From Gemmatimonadota bacterium (GTDB lineage Bacteria; Gemmatimonadota; Gemmatimonadetes; Palauibacterales; Palauibacteraceae): a stretch of DNA of 64,000 nucleotides. The translations under genes and the position numbers were made by a program. The DNA lies in the NCBI GenBank assembly GCA_958295535.1, contig OY282356.1, positions 810,593 to 874,592 of the forward strand, given 5' to 3'. A model generated the notes under the pieces. It searched no databases, had not been told where the DNA came from, and saw nothing but the letters and a program-made list of their open reading frames with translations. This document shows positions 1 to 8,757 of this stretch, piece by piece (within the stretch, counting starts at the first letter, position 1; each line of letters starts with the position of its first letter).

Positions 1-567
1 CAGCGCGTGGGGGATCACGGCCCCCGTGGGATTGCCGGGGCTGTTGAGCACCAGCCCCTTCGTGCGTTCCGTGCGGGACGCCTCCAGGCTCTCCACGGAG
101 GGCGCGAATCCGTTATCCCAGCCGGTTTCGACGACGACCGGCGCCGCTCCCGACAGATCGACTGCAGCCGGGTAGGTTGGCCAGCAGGGGATCGGAAGGA
201 GGACTTCGTCTCCGGCCCCGAAGAGGGTGAAGCAGCAGTTGAAGAACGCCTGTTTGACGCCTGCCCCGACGATGACGGAAGACGGGTCCGCCTGTCCGTC
301 TGCGGTAGTTTCGGACAGGTAGCGCGCAACCGCCTCGCGCAGCTCCGGGAGGCCCGGAGCCGGCGGGTATCCAGTCCGGCCCTGTTCCACCGCCTCTATG
401 GCGGCGCGAGCCGCGAAACCGGGGCATGCGTACTGCGGCTCGCCCGCCGAGAGATCTACGACCGGCGTGCCTGCCGCCTTCAGCTTCCGGGCGCGGTCGG
501 CCAGAACCAGCGTGGCCGAGGGGACGAGCCCCTCCACATTGGAGGAAAAGTCGATGTCTGAGGTCAT
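1..567 (-). CDS. PLP-dependent class I/II aminotransferase (aspartate aminotransferase-like), N-terminal 189 codons; C-terminus lies beyond the window start
   Basis: Absent from the ORF track because it has no in-window stop. Manual reverse translation from ATG 567-565 gives MTSDIDFSSNVEGLVPSATLVLADRARKLKAAGTPVVDLSAGEPQYACP...GYPPAPGLPELREAVARYL...GLVLNSPGNPTGAVIPHAL, open to base 1. DLSxGEP and NSPxNPTG are aminotransferase class I hallmarks. Confidence 0.8.
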   Translation of the reverse strand, partial: MTSDIDFSSNVEGLVPSATLVLADRARKLKAAGTPVVDLSAGEPQYACPGFAARAAIEAVEQGRTGYPPAPGLPELREAVARYLSETTADGQADPSSVIVGAGVKQAFFNCCFTLFGAGDEVLLPIPCWPTYPAAVDLSGAAPVVVETGWDNGFAPSVESLEASRTERTKGLVLNSPGNPTGAVIPHAL

Positions 568-727
568 CCGATGCCTAGTGGTAATAGCCGTCGCCGGCCT
601 CGATGCGTTAAAGTGCGGGGGCGGTACCCGGTCAGTCCCCGTGCGTGCGGGGCGCAAGCAAGATCTCCCGTCAAGCAACGACTCGGCGGCGTATCTTCTT
701 CTTGAATAGTAATATGCGGAGTCTGGA

Positions 728-1000
728 TTGACGACAGAAACCACGACAGCGCGGTCGCCGGGCGCAGTGCTTGCGACGGCCAGGGATTTCTTCCTGGGGC
801 AGGATCGCATGGCGGATGCCTGGATCGAAACGGAGAGCGAGAGTCACATCACGTTCTGCACCTTTCGCGGCCGTCTGTCCGTGGCGGCCATGGCGGACCC
901 TGAGACTCCGGCGAAAACGCGCATCCGGGTCACGACGCTTCGCGAGGAGGGGATGGTCCCGCGGCTGATAGCGCATATTGGCATCGGGGCGCGGAAGTAA
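728..1000 (+). CDS. hypothetical small protein (90 aa)
   Basis: ORF with protein-like composition (MTTETTTARSPGAVLATARDFFLGQDRMADAWIETESESHITFCTF...), TTG start, placed just upstream of moaD. No family recognised. Confidence 0.4.
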   Translation: MTTETTTARSPGAVLATARDFFLGQDRMADAWIETESESHITFCTFRGRLSVAAMADPETPAKTRIRVTTLREEGMVPRLIAHIGIGARK

Positions 1001-1101
1001 GACGGCATCGGAGCGGGGAAGGAAGACGGCATCGGAGCGGGGAAGGAAGACGCTTGACGACATCGGCATCGCGGCGGAGAAGGATGACGCTTGACGGATT
1101 G
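980..1101. repeat. Junction tandem repeat: 24-nt unit x3 (980-1051), then a 37-nt-spaced copy (1028-1064 / 1065-1101)
   Basis: GGCATCGGGGCGCGGAAGTAAGAC / GGCATCGGAGCGGGGAAGGAAGAC x2 / GGCATCGCGGCGGAGAAGGATGAC. The first copy holds the TAA stop of the 728..1000 ORF and the last holds the moaD ATG. GCTTGACG(A/G) follows both the third copy (1052) and the last copy (1089). Confidence 0.85.
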
Positions 1102-1353
1102 GATGGGGACATCTCGATCCGAACCCTCCTGTTCGGGGTGTACGCCGAGCGGGCGGCGCTCCGGGAGTGTTCTGCCAGAGTCGCGGCGGGCAGCACGGTG
1201 AGCGACTTGGTGGAAGAGCTTCGGCGCGCGGAAGGGTGGAGCTGGCTGCCGCGGCGCGTAGTGGTCGCCGTGAATCAGAGTTACGCCGAGGGCGGCACGC
1301 GGCTCTCCGATGGGGACGAGGTCGCCCTGATCCCTCCGGTGGCGGGGGGATGA
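1084..1353 (+). CDS. moaD: molybdopterin synthase sulfur-carrier subunit MoaD
   Basis: ThiS/MoaD-size protein ending in the diagnostic ...LIPPVAGG. GGAGAAGG lies before ATG 1084 (the ORF is open from TTG 1054). Its stop overlaps the moaE ATG (ATGA). Confidence 0.85.
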   Translation: MTLDGLDGDISIRTLLFGVYAERAALRECSARVAAGSTVSDLVEELRRAEGWSWLPRRVVVAVNQSYAEGGTRLSDGDEVALIPPVAGG

Positions 1354-1820
1354 CCGTGGCGCGCGAAGTGGACGCAAGCCGGATTCGGGCGTGGATCACC
1401 CCGGACAGCTTGGAGAACTTCGCTCCGTTGGCGGCGTGCGGCTCCGAGGCGGACGGCGCGGCGCTCGTCTTCGAGGGGCGGGTGCGGGCCACGAACGAGG
1501 GGCGGGAGGTATCCAGCCTCGCTTACGAAGCGTATGCGGAGATGGCGGAACAAGAGTTGGAAGCGATTTGCGGCGAAGCTCTGGATCGATTCGCCGTGTC
1601 CTCGGCCTTCGCGGCGCACCGCGTCGGCGAGCTCGGGTTGAAGGAGGTTAGCGTCGTCGTCAAGGTGGCAGCCCCGCACCGGGAGCCTTGCTATGCCGCG
1701 TCGCGCTGGATAATCGAGGCCCTGAAGAGTCGTCTGCCCGTGTGGAAACACGAGCGTTACGCGGACGGCTCCTCGGTCTGGGTGGGCGCGCCCGCGGCCG
1801 CGAGCGGGGCGGGGCCGTGA
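1350..1820 (+). CDS. moaE: molybdopterin synthase catalytic subunit MoaE
   Basis: MTVAREVDASRIRAWITPD...AALVFEGRVR...VAAPHREPCYAASRWIIEALKSRLPVWKHE, MoaE-like. The ATGA overlap with moaD makes the in-frame ATG at 1350 the likely start. Confidence 0.9.
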   Translation: MTVAREVDASRIRAWITPDSLENFAPLAACGSEADGAALVFEGRVRATNEGREVSSLAYEAYAEMAEQELEAICGEALDRFAVSSAFAAHRVGELGLKEVSVVVKVAAPHREPCYAASRWIIEALKSRLPVWKHERYADGSSVWVGAPAAASGAGP

Positions 1821-2797
1821 AGGACCAGTTCGGCCGGAGTATCCGATACCTGCGCATCTCGGTCACCGACCGGTGCAACCTCAGATGTACGTACTGCATG
1901 CCCGAGGGCGGGCTGGACTGGATTCCGAAGCCCGAGATGCTCTCCTACGAGGAGATCGCCATGATCGTCCGCCAGATGGCGGACATGGGGCTGGAGAGGG
2001 TTCGGATCACGGGCGGGGAGCCTCTGGTGCGGAAGGATCTTCCCGACCTTGTCCGGATGATCGCGGCCGTGCCCGGGATCGACGACATTTCTCTTTCCAC
2101 CAACGCCATCCTGCTGCCGCGCTTCGCGGAACGGCTGAGGGAAGCGGGGGTGGCTCGGGTGAACATCAGCCTGGATACGCTCGACCGGGAGAACTTCGAG
2201 GTTATCGCCCGGCGTCCGGCCCGGCGCTTCGACGAGACGCTCGCCGGTATCCGGGCGGCCGAGGATGCGGGCTTTTCCCCGATCAAGATCAACTGCGTTC
2301 TCATGCGCGGGCTCAACGATGCCGAGGTGTCCGACTTCGCGGAGGCGACGCGCGAGCGGCCATGGCACGTGCGCTTCATAGAGTTGATGCCCGTAGGAGA
2401 GAATCTCCACCTCGCGGATAGATTCATGCCGGCCGGCGAAGTGCTGGACCGGATTCGCGCGATCGATGACCTCGTTCCGGATCCCGGCCCCCGCGGGAAC
2501 GGCCCTGCCGTCTACTATCGCTTCCCGGGCGGCGCGGGAACGGTGGGCGTGATCACGCCGCTTTCGCACAACTACTGCGAGCGGTGCAACCGCATGCGGC
2601 TGACCGCCGACGGCAAGCTCCGGACCTGCCTGTTCGGCACGCACGAGGTGGATTTGAAGGCGCCGTTGCGCGAGACGGGTTCCATTCGGCTGGCGGTGGA
2701 GCAAGCTCTGGCCGGCAAACCGAAGCGTCACTACCTGGAGCTGGGCTCGACCTCCGGGAGCGGCGGCTTGGCCGCGCTGAGCCAGGTTGGTGGCTGA
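1817..2797 (+). CDS. moaA: GTP 3',8-cyclase MoaA (radical SAM)
   Basis: YLRISVTDRCNLRCTYCMP (CxxxCxxC radical-SAM motif), ITGGEPLVRKDL, and a C-terminal NYCERCNRMRLTADGKLRTCLF cluster. GTG 1817 overlaps the moaE stop (GTGA). Confidence 0.95.
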   Translation: MKDQFGRSIRYLRISVTDRCNLRCTYCMPEGGLDWIPKPEMLSYEEIAMIVRQMADMGLERVRITGGEPLVRKDLPDLVRMIAAVPGIDDISLSTNAILLPRFAERLREAGVARVNISLDTLDRENFEVIARRPARRFDETLAGIRAAEDAGFSPIKINCVLMRGLNDAEVSDFAEATRERPWHVRFIELMPVGENLHLADRFMPAGEVLDRIRAIDDLVPDPGPRGNGPAVYYRFPGGAGTVGVITPLSHNYCERCNRMRLTADGKLRTCLFGTHEVDLKAPLRETGSIRLAVEQALAGKPKRHYLELGSTSGSGGLAALSQVGG

Positions 2798-2957
2798 CTT
2801 CGGCGTCCGGGCCTGCCGCGACGCCGGTCTTGCACGCGCGCCCATCCGGTTGAGCTAGGTCGGTGGCTGACTTCGGCGTCGGGGCCCGCCGCGGCGCCGG
2901 TCTTGCGCGTGCGCCCATCCGGCTGAGCCGGGTCTGTGGCTGACTTCGGCGTTGGGG
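2776..2957. repeat. 73-nt tandem repeat, about 2.5 copies, starting inside the moaA 3' end
   Basis: GGTGGCTGACTTCGGCGTC recurs at 2789, 2862 and 2935 (as TGTGGCTGA). Each unit repeats the moaA stop context and carries the hairpin CGGCGTC-N12-GACGCCG. Confidence 0.9.
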
Positions 2958-2988
2958 AGCCGGGGACGGCGGGGGCGAGGCTTTCGCC

Positions 2989-3543
2989 GTGGCGGTAAAG
3001 AGCGACAAGTGGATTCGGCGCATGGCGGCCGACCACGGCATGATCGAGCCCTTTGCCGGCGGCCAGGTCGCCGATGGCGCTATTTCGTTCGGAGTCAGCA
3101 GCTACGGGTACGATATGCGGGTAGCCGACGACTTCCGGATTTTCCACAACGCGCTCTTCCCCGTAGTCGATCCGAAGGGTTTCGACGAACGCTCTTTCGT
3201 GGAATTCCAGGGCGATGTCTGCATAATTCCCCCTAACTCTTTCGTCCTCGGGCGTTCGGTCGAGTATTTCAGGATTCCTCGCAGCATCCTTGCTATCTGT
3301 GTCGGCAAGAGCACCTATGCGCGCTGCGGCCTGATCGTCAACGTCACCCCCTTCGAACCGGAGTGGGAGGGACATGTTACGCTCGAGATATCGAACACGA
3401 CGCCGCTTCCGGCCCGGGTCTACGCGAACGAAGGAATTGCGCAAGTTCTGTTTCTGGAGTCGGACGAGGTGTGCGAGGTCAGCTACGCGGACAGGTTGGG
3501 CAAGTATCAGGGACAGACCGGAGTCACTCCGCCGAAGCTGTGA
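2989..3543 (+). CDS. dcd: dCTP deaminase
   Basis: [22 protein letters not shown]...SSYGYDMRV...[37 protein letters not shown]...[11 protein letters not shown], canonical Dcd. Confidence 0.95.
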   Translation: MAVKSDKWIRRMAADHGMIEPFAGGQVADGAISFGVSSYGYDMRVADDFRIFHNALFPVVDPKGFDERSFVEFQGDVCIIPPNSFVLGRSVEYFRIPRSILAICVGKSTYARCGLIVNVTPFEPEWEGHVTLEISNTTPLPARVYANEGIAQVLFLESDEVCEVSYADRLGKYQGQTGVTPPKL

Positions 3544-3747
3544 TGCGAGCGAGTTGCCGCCCCGATTCCTGTTCCGCTCCGGCTCGGCGAGCTATTTGCC
3601 CGACTCGGCAAGCCCCATGCCGTCGAGGCCCCATCTAGTCGCCTGTCGGCGCGCTCGCCGCTTGTAGCGCTCCGGCCGCGACGATATCTTCGCAGCGTGG
3701 GAAAGTGAAGAAATTCACAAGTTCGCACGAGAGGAGCAAAGCCCCCC

Positions 3748-4104
3748 TTGCTTGACCCATATCTCGGCATTCTTGTCCTCGGTCTCTTCGGCGTTCTGAA
3801 CGCCGCCGGGATGATGGCCGTCTCTCACTTGGTCGGATCCCGACGGCCCAATCCGGTCAAGGCGAGTCCCTACGAGTCGGGCATCCCCCCTCTCGGCACC
3901 ACCCGCGAACGCTTCTCCGTCAACTTCTACATAGTGGCGATGCTCTTCATCGTCCTCGACATCGAAACGCTCTTTATCATCCCCTGGGCCGTGATTTTCA
4001 GGGAGGTCGGGATGGGCGGGTTCGTGGAAATCACGGTCTTCCTGCTAGTTCTGGGTACCGGACTGGTGTATGCGTGGAAACGGGGGGCGCTGGAGTGGGA
4101 CTGA
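3748..4104 (+). CDS. nuoA: NADH-quinone oxidoreductase subunit A
   Basis: 118 aa, three TM helices, PYESGIPP...FYIVAMLFIVLDIETLFIIPWA motif. Confidence 0.95.
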   Translation: MLDPYLGILVLGLFGVLNAAGMMAVSHLVGSRRPNPVKASPYESGIPPLGTTRERFSVNFYIVAMLFIVLDIETLFIIPWAVIFREVGMGGFVEITVFLLVLGTGLVYAWKRGALEWD

Positions 4105-4212
4105 TGGGCGCTGGGCCGCAACTAGTGCGCGCTGGAGCGGGACTGGCGGGACATGAAGCGGGATCGCCGGGCGCTGGACGGGGAGGCCGAAGAGGATGAA
4201 GCGACTCGACAC
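4087..4212. repeat. 42-43-nt tandem repeat x3 spanning the nuoA stop and nuoB start
   Basis: GCGCTGGAGTGGGACTGATGGG (4087, real nuoA end), GCGCTGGAGCGGGACTGGCGGG (4129), GCGCTGGACGGGGAGGCCGAAG (4171). ATGAAGCG occurs at 4153 (decoy) and at 4196 (nuoB start). Confidence 0.8.
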
Positions 4213-4921
4213 CGTGCCCGCCGACGCGACCGCCGCCGGCCGCGCGGAGCGAATCGGCGCAGGAGGACAGCTCGACACGGGCACGCCTCGCAGCTGGATG
4301 ACGACGAAGCTCGACTACGTCATCAACTGGGCGCGCCGGAACTCGCTGTGGCCGATGCCGTTCGGCACGGCATGCTGCGCCATCGAGATGATGGCTTCGG
4401 CCGCCTCCAAGTACGACATCGGACGGTTCGGGATGGAGCGGATGTCGTTCAGTCCCAGGCAGGCCGATCTGATGATCGTCGCCGGCCGGGTGACCTACAA
4501 GCTCGCTCCCGTCCTCCGCCGGGTGTGGGATCAGATGCCCCAGCCCAAGTGGTGCGTGTCGATGGGGGCGTGCGCGAGTTCGGGCGGCATGTTCGACAAC
4601 TACACGATAGTGCAAGGGATCGATACGGTGATTCCGGTCGATGTCTATGTGCCGGGCTGCCCGCCGCGCCCCGAGGGGTTGATCTACGGGCTCCTGATGA
4701 TTCAGGAAAAGATAAAGGGCGAGTCGCTGGCGCGGCCCGGTCCGCGGGACGAAGAGCCCGAGGCCGCCGGCAAGCCGAATCTGCCGCCGGAGACCATCGA
4801 ATTGGTCGCACAGCCGTTCGGCAACTCCACCAACCAGAACCGCGCGAGCGGATTCGTGCCGACCTCGGCGCTTGCCCGGCCCAGAGACAGGCGCGAGCGC
4901 CGTCTCGAGCACCTCGATTGA
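4196..4921 (+). CDS. nuoB: NADH-quinone oxidoreductase subunit B, with a C-terminal extension of about 70 aa
   Basis: [28 protein letters not shown]...[19 protein letters not shown]...[11 protein letters not shown], the N2-cluster Cys motifs. The tail after [10 protein letters not shown] is non-canonical. Confidence 0.9.
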   Translation: MKRLDTVPADATAAGRAERIGAGGQLDTGTPRSWMTTKLDYVINWARRNSLWPMPFGTACCAIEMMASAASKYDIGRFGMERMSFSPRQADLMIVAGRVTYKLAPVLRRVWDQMPQPKWCVSMGACASSGGMFDNYTIVQGIDTVIPVDVYVPGCPPRPEGLIYGLLMIQEKIKGESLARPGPRDEEPEAAGKPNLPPETIELVAQPFGNSTNQNRASGFVPTSALARPRDRRERRLEHLD

Positions 4922-4946
4922 CGGCGGGGCGTCCCACGGAGTGACG

Positions 4947-6818
4947 ATGACGCCAGACGCGGTACGGACGCCGGCGATGGTGCGCGGAGCGCCGGCCGGC
5001 GATGATCCCGCGACCCACCCCTCCGTGCGGGCGCTGAAGGACCGCTTCGGCGCGAGCGTCCTCCGCATCGAGTCCGATGCGGTGGGCTATCCCGTCGTCT
5101 GGATGCCTCCGGATCTCAATGCGGACATGCTCCGCTTCCTGCGGGAGACCCCGGGCCAGACATACGACCTGCTGGCGGACATCATGGGGGCGCACACGGG
5201 CATCGGCGCGCCGGTCCAGCTCTGGTACCAGCTCTGGTCGATGGCCGAGGGACGCCAGCTCCGAGTGGCTTGCGAGGTTCCCATTTCCAACCTCGAGGTG
5301 GAGAGCGTGTCGGACCAGTGGCACGCGGCCAACTGGCTGGAGCGAGAGGTCTGGGACATGTTCGGGGTCGTTTTTCGGGGTCACCCGGACCTGCGCCGCA
5401 TCCTGATGCCGGAGAACTACGAGGAGGGATTCCCTCTCCGCAAGGAGTTCCCCCTGCGGGGCCGGTTCAGCCGCTCCGAGCAAGTGCGCCGGGCTCTGTC
5501 GCGGGACCTCCTGGACATCTACGCCGCCGAACAGCTCGAGATGGCGGGCTACGCCATCTCCGGCGATGACGGCGCGGTGGAAGCCCCGGACAACGGCGGG
5601 GGAGCGCCGATACTCGAGGTCGAGACCGGCGAGAGACTCGACGATGCGCTCGAAGGCGAACCCCTCATGATAAACATGGGTCCGCAGCATCCGGCGACTC
5701 ACGGGGTCCTCAGGCTCGTGCTCCAGCTTGACGGGGAGCGAGTCGTCCGGGCCATGCCTCACATCGGCTACCTCCACACGGGATTCGAGAAGACGTGCGA
5801 GTTCCGCGAATGGAACCAGTGCGTGCCGTACACGGACCGCATGGACTACCTCGCGCCCATGCTCTACAACATCGGCTACGCGGGGGCCGTGGAGGCGCTG
5901 CTCGGGGTCGGGATAACGGAGCGGTGCAGGGTCCTTCGAGTCGTTCTGGGCGAGTTGAACCGCATTCTCGGACATTTGCTCTGGCTGGGGACGACCGCGA
6001 TCGACATAGGCGCCTTCTCCGTCTTCCTGTACACGTTCCAGGAGCGCGAGCGCATTTACAACTTGCACGAGGCGTACACGGGCGGGAGGATCACCACCTC
6101 CGTCACCAGGGTCGGCGGCATGATGGCGGACCTGCCGACGGGGTGGACGACGGCCGCCCGAGACTTCGCGGCGACATTCCCGGCTACGATCGACCAGGTC
6201 GAACGGCTTCTCTCGGCGAACGCCATCTGGCAGGGCCGGACGGTGGACATCGGCGTGCTCGACGCGGAGACGGCGATCAGCTACGGCGTCACGGGACCTT
6301 CGCTGCGGGCGAGCGGGGTGGCGTACGATGTGCGCAAGGCGCGTCCCTATCTCGGGTACGACGAGTACGACTTCGATGTGCCCGTGGGATCGGCCGGGGA
6401 CGTGTACGACCGGTACCTGGTGCGGATGGAGGAGATGCGGCAGAGCGTCCGGATCATCGAGCAGGCGCTCGACCGGCTGCCCGCCGGATCCGTCAACATA
6501 GACGACTACCGCATATCGCTCCCGCCGAAGTCGGAGGCGATGGGATCGATAGACGCGATGATATCGCACTTCAAGCTCGTCATGGAAGGGGTGCGGGTTC
6601 CGGCCGGCGAGACGTGGTACTCGATCGAGAGCTCGAAGGGAGAGCTGGGCTTCGGCATCATCTCCGACGGCGGCGCCAAGCCGGTGCGCTGCCGCTTTCG
6701 GGGCCCCTCGTTCATCAACATCGCGGCGCTCCCCGAGCTCGTGAAGGGGGAGCTGGTGGCCGATGTGGTGGCGATCAACGCTTCGCTGGATGTGGTGTTG
6801 GGAGAGATCGACCGGTGA
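4947..6818 (+). CDS. nuoCD: fused NADH-quinone oxidoreductase subunits C and D
   Basis: The N-terminal half carries NuoC motifs ([32 protein letters not shown]). The C-terminal half carries NuoD motifs ([24 protein letters not shown]...GYLHTGFEK...DVVLGEIDR). It is one uninterrupted frame, with ATG 4947 preceded by GGAG. Confidence 0.9.
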   Translation: MTPDAVRTPAMVRGAPAGDDPATHPSVRALKDRFGASVLRIESDAVGYPVVWMPPDLNADMLRFLRETPGQTYDLLADIMGAHTGIGAPVQLWYQLWSMAEGRQLRVACEVPISNLEVESVSDQWHAANWLEREVWDMFGVVFRGHPDLRRILMPENYEEGFPLRKEFPLRGRFSRSEQVRRALSRDLLDIYAAEQLEMAGYAISGDDGAVEAPDNGGGAPILEVETGERLDDALEGEPLMINMGPQHPATHGVLRLVLQLDGERVVRAMPHIGYLHTGFEKTCEFREWNQCVPYTDRMDYLAPMLYNIGYAGAVEALLGVGITERCRVLRVVLGELNRILGHLLWLGTTAIDIGAFSVFLYTFQERERIYNLHEAYTGGRITTSVTRVGGMMADLPTGWTTAARDFAATFPATIDQVERLLSANAIWQGRTVDIGVLDAETAISYGVTGPSLRASGVAYDVRKARPYLGYDEYDFDVPVGSAGDVYDRYLVRMEEMRQSVRIIEQALDRLPAGSVNIDDYRISLPPKSEAMGSIDAMISHFKLVMEGVRVPAGETWYSIESSKGELGFGIISDGGAKPVRCRFRGPSFINIAALPELVKGELVADVVAINASLDVVLGEIDR

Positions 6819-7426
6819 GCCGGAGCATTCACCCCGCGGTCGCCGGGGCGCAGCCCTTCCAGCTGGCTGTCCGCGAGAGGCCGGACGGACCGCTTCTCCA
6901 GACCGGCGAGGGCAAGGAGCGGCTGGAGATGGTCCTGTCGCGCTACCCGTCGCCGCGGGCGGCGCTGCTGCCGATGCTCGGATACGTGCAGTCGCGGAAG
7001 GGCTGGATCGAACCGTCCGACATGAACGAGGTGGCGGAGGCGCTGGGGCTGGCGCCGGCCTTCGTCCATTCGGTCGCGACATTCTACACGATGTACAACA
7101 AGCGTCCCGTCGGGCGTCACTTCATCCAGGTCTGCACGAATATTTCGTGTCATCTGAACGGAGCGGGCGAGGTCCTGGCGCGTTTCCTGGAGGAGACGGA
7201 AACGCGCCAGGGCGAGGTGTCCGCCACGGGGGAATTCACCGTGATCGAGGCGGAGTGCCTGGGAGCGTGCGGTTTTGCCACCGTGGTACAGGTCAACGAC
7301 AGGTATCTGGAGTGCGTCACGGCGGAGAAGGTGCCGGAGATATTGAAGGAGCTGCGAGACTCCGCTCGCTCGGGCGCCGCCGCAAGCGACGAGGCCCGGC
7401 GGGGATCGGGCGAGAGGTCGCCGTGA
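6815..7426 (+). CDS. nuoE: NADH-quinone oxidoreductase subunit E
   Basis: [17 protein letters not shown]...[29 protein letters not shown]...ECLGACGFA (2Fe-2S Cys pattern). GTG 6815 overlaps the nuoCD stop. Confidence 0.9.
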   Translation: MSRSIHPAVAGAQPFQLAVRERPDGPLLQTGEGKERLEMVLSRYPSPRAALLPMLGYVQSRKGWIEPSDMNEVAEALGLAPAFVHSVATFYTMYNKRPVGRHFIQVCTNISCHLNGAGEVLARFLEETETRQGEVSATGEFTVIEAECLGACGFATVVQVNDRYLECVTAEKVPEILKELRDSARSGAAASDEARRGSGERSP

Positions 7427-8754
7427 GCTACCCGCACCGTAGCGACCTCGAGACCTCGACGCGGCTCTCGCGGTACCAGGGCCGGCCGGAGGCGCGCGCG
7501 CTGGATGGGTGGGAGCGCCTCGGAGGCTACGAAGCGTTGCGCAAGGCGTGCGGCATGTCCCCCGGGGAGATAACCGACGTGGTCAAGGCCTCCGGGCTCC
7601 GCGGACGCGGAGGGGCGGGCTTCCCGACGGGTCTGAAGTGGAGCTTCATGCCGGAGGGCGGCGACAAGCCCCACTACCTGTGCTGCAATGCCGACGAATC
7701 CGAGCCGGGCGCCTTCAAGGACCGCGAGGTGATCCGGTGGACGCCGCACCTGCTGCTGGAGGGATGCCTGATAGCGGCGCGGGCGATCCGGGCGGAGCAC
7801 GTCTACATCTATGTGCGGGGCGAGTTCTTCGAAGAGACCAAGGTTCTCAACCGGGCGGTCGTCGAGGCTTACGAACGCGGGTACATCGGCCCGAACGTCG
7901 CGGGGACGGACTGGTCGTGCGATGTGACGGTGCACCTTGGCGCCGGGGCCTACATCGCCGGCGAAGAGACGGGTCTCATGAACTCGCTGTCGGGCAACCG
8001 GGCCGAGCCATGGGCCAAACCGCCCTTTCCGGCGCAGTCGGGGGTCTTCGGCATGCCGACCACCGTGAACAATGTCGAGACGCTGGCGACCGTGCCCGGG
8101 CTCATCGCGCACGGAGCGGAGTGGTACCGGCAGTGGGGGAGCGACAAGTCTCCGGGGACCAAGCTGTGGAGCTGTTCGGGACACTTGGCGCGGCCGGGGA
8201 ACTACGAGTTCGAGCTCGGCGTTCCCTTGCGAGACATCATTTTCGGCGCCTGCGGGGGGACGCATTCGGGCAAGGCGGTGAAGGCGGTGATCCCCGGCGG
8301 ATCGTCCACGGCATTTCTCGCCGGAGACGAGCTGGACTGCGCCACGACCTACGAGGGGTTGCAGGAGGCGGGAAGCTCTCTGGGAACCGCGTCGCCGATC
8401 GTCATGGACGCCAGCACGGACATCGTCGCGGCCATGCGGCGCATCGCTCAGTTCTACGCGCACGAATCGTGCGGGCAGTGCGTGCAGTGCCGCGAGGGCA
8501 CCTCCTGGGTCGTGCGGATTCTTCAGCGGATCGAGGCGGGCGACGGCGCCCCTCGCGACATCGACACCCTGTACGACCTCTGCGAACAGATGACCGGGCG
8601 GACGATCTGCGTGCTTGCCGACAGCGTCGTGTTTCCGCTTCGCTCGGCGCTCGACAAGTTCCGGGCCGACTTCGAAGCCCGGATGAAGCAGCGGCTCTTC
8701 GCGCCCGCGGCCGCGGCCGGCGGGTCGGCGCGCCTTGCGACGGCCGGCGTCTAG
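7423..8754 (+). CDS. nuoF: NADH-quinone oxidoreductase subunit F
   Basis: GLRGRGGAGFPTGLKWSF (FMN site), CNADESEPGAFKDR, ESCGQCVQCREGT (4Fe-4S). GTG 7423 overlaps the nuoE stop. Confidence 0.95.
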   Translation: MSYPHRSDLETSTRLSRYQGRPEARALDGWERLGGYEALRKACGMSPGEITDVVKASGLRGRGGAGFPTGLKWSFMPEGGDKPHYLCCNADESEPGAFKDREVIRWTPHLLLEGCLIAARAIRAEHVYIYVRGEFFEETKVLNRAVVEAYERGYIGPNVAGTDWSCDVTVHLGAGAYIAGEETGLMNSLSGNRAEPWAKPPFPAQSGVFGMPTTVNNVETLATVPGLIAHGAEWYRQWGSDKSPGTKLWSCSGHLARPGNYEFELGVPLRDIIFGACGGTHSGKAVKAVIPGGSSTAFLAGDELDCATTYEGLQEAGSSLGTASPIVMDASTDIVAAMRRIAQFYAHESCGQCVQCREGTSWVVRILQRIEAGDGAPRDIDTLYDLCEQMTGRTICVLADSVVFPLRSALDKFRADFEARMKQRLFAPAAAAGGSARLATAGV

Positions 8755-8757
8755 GCG

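Noticed and set aside
1001-1083. Possible Moco riboswitch upstream of the moa genes
   Set aside because: The spacer is only about 80 nt and consists entirely of the 24/37-nt junction repeats. That leaves no room for the roughly 130-nt Moco aptamer, and none of its conserved features were seen.
4153-4944. 263-aa plus-strand ORF starting at ATG 4153
   Set aside because: It is out of frame with nuoB over its whole length and has a non-protein-like Arg-rich translation. Its ATG is a duplicated copy of the nuoB start context (see finding), not an independent gene.
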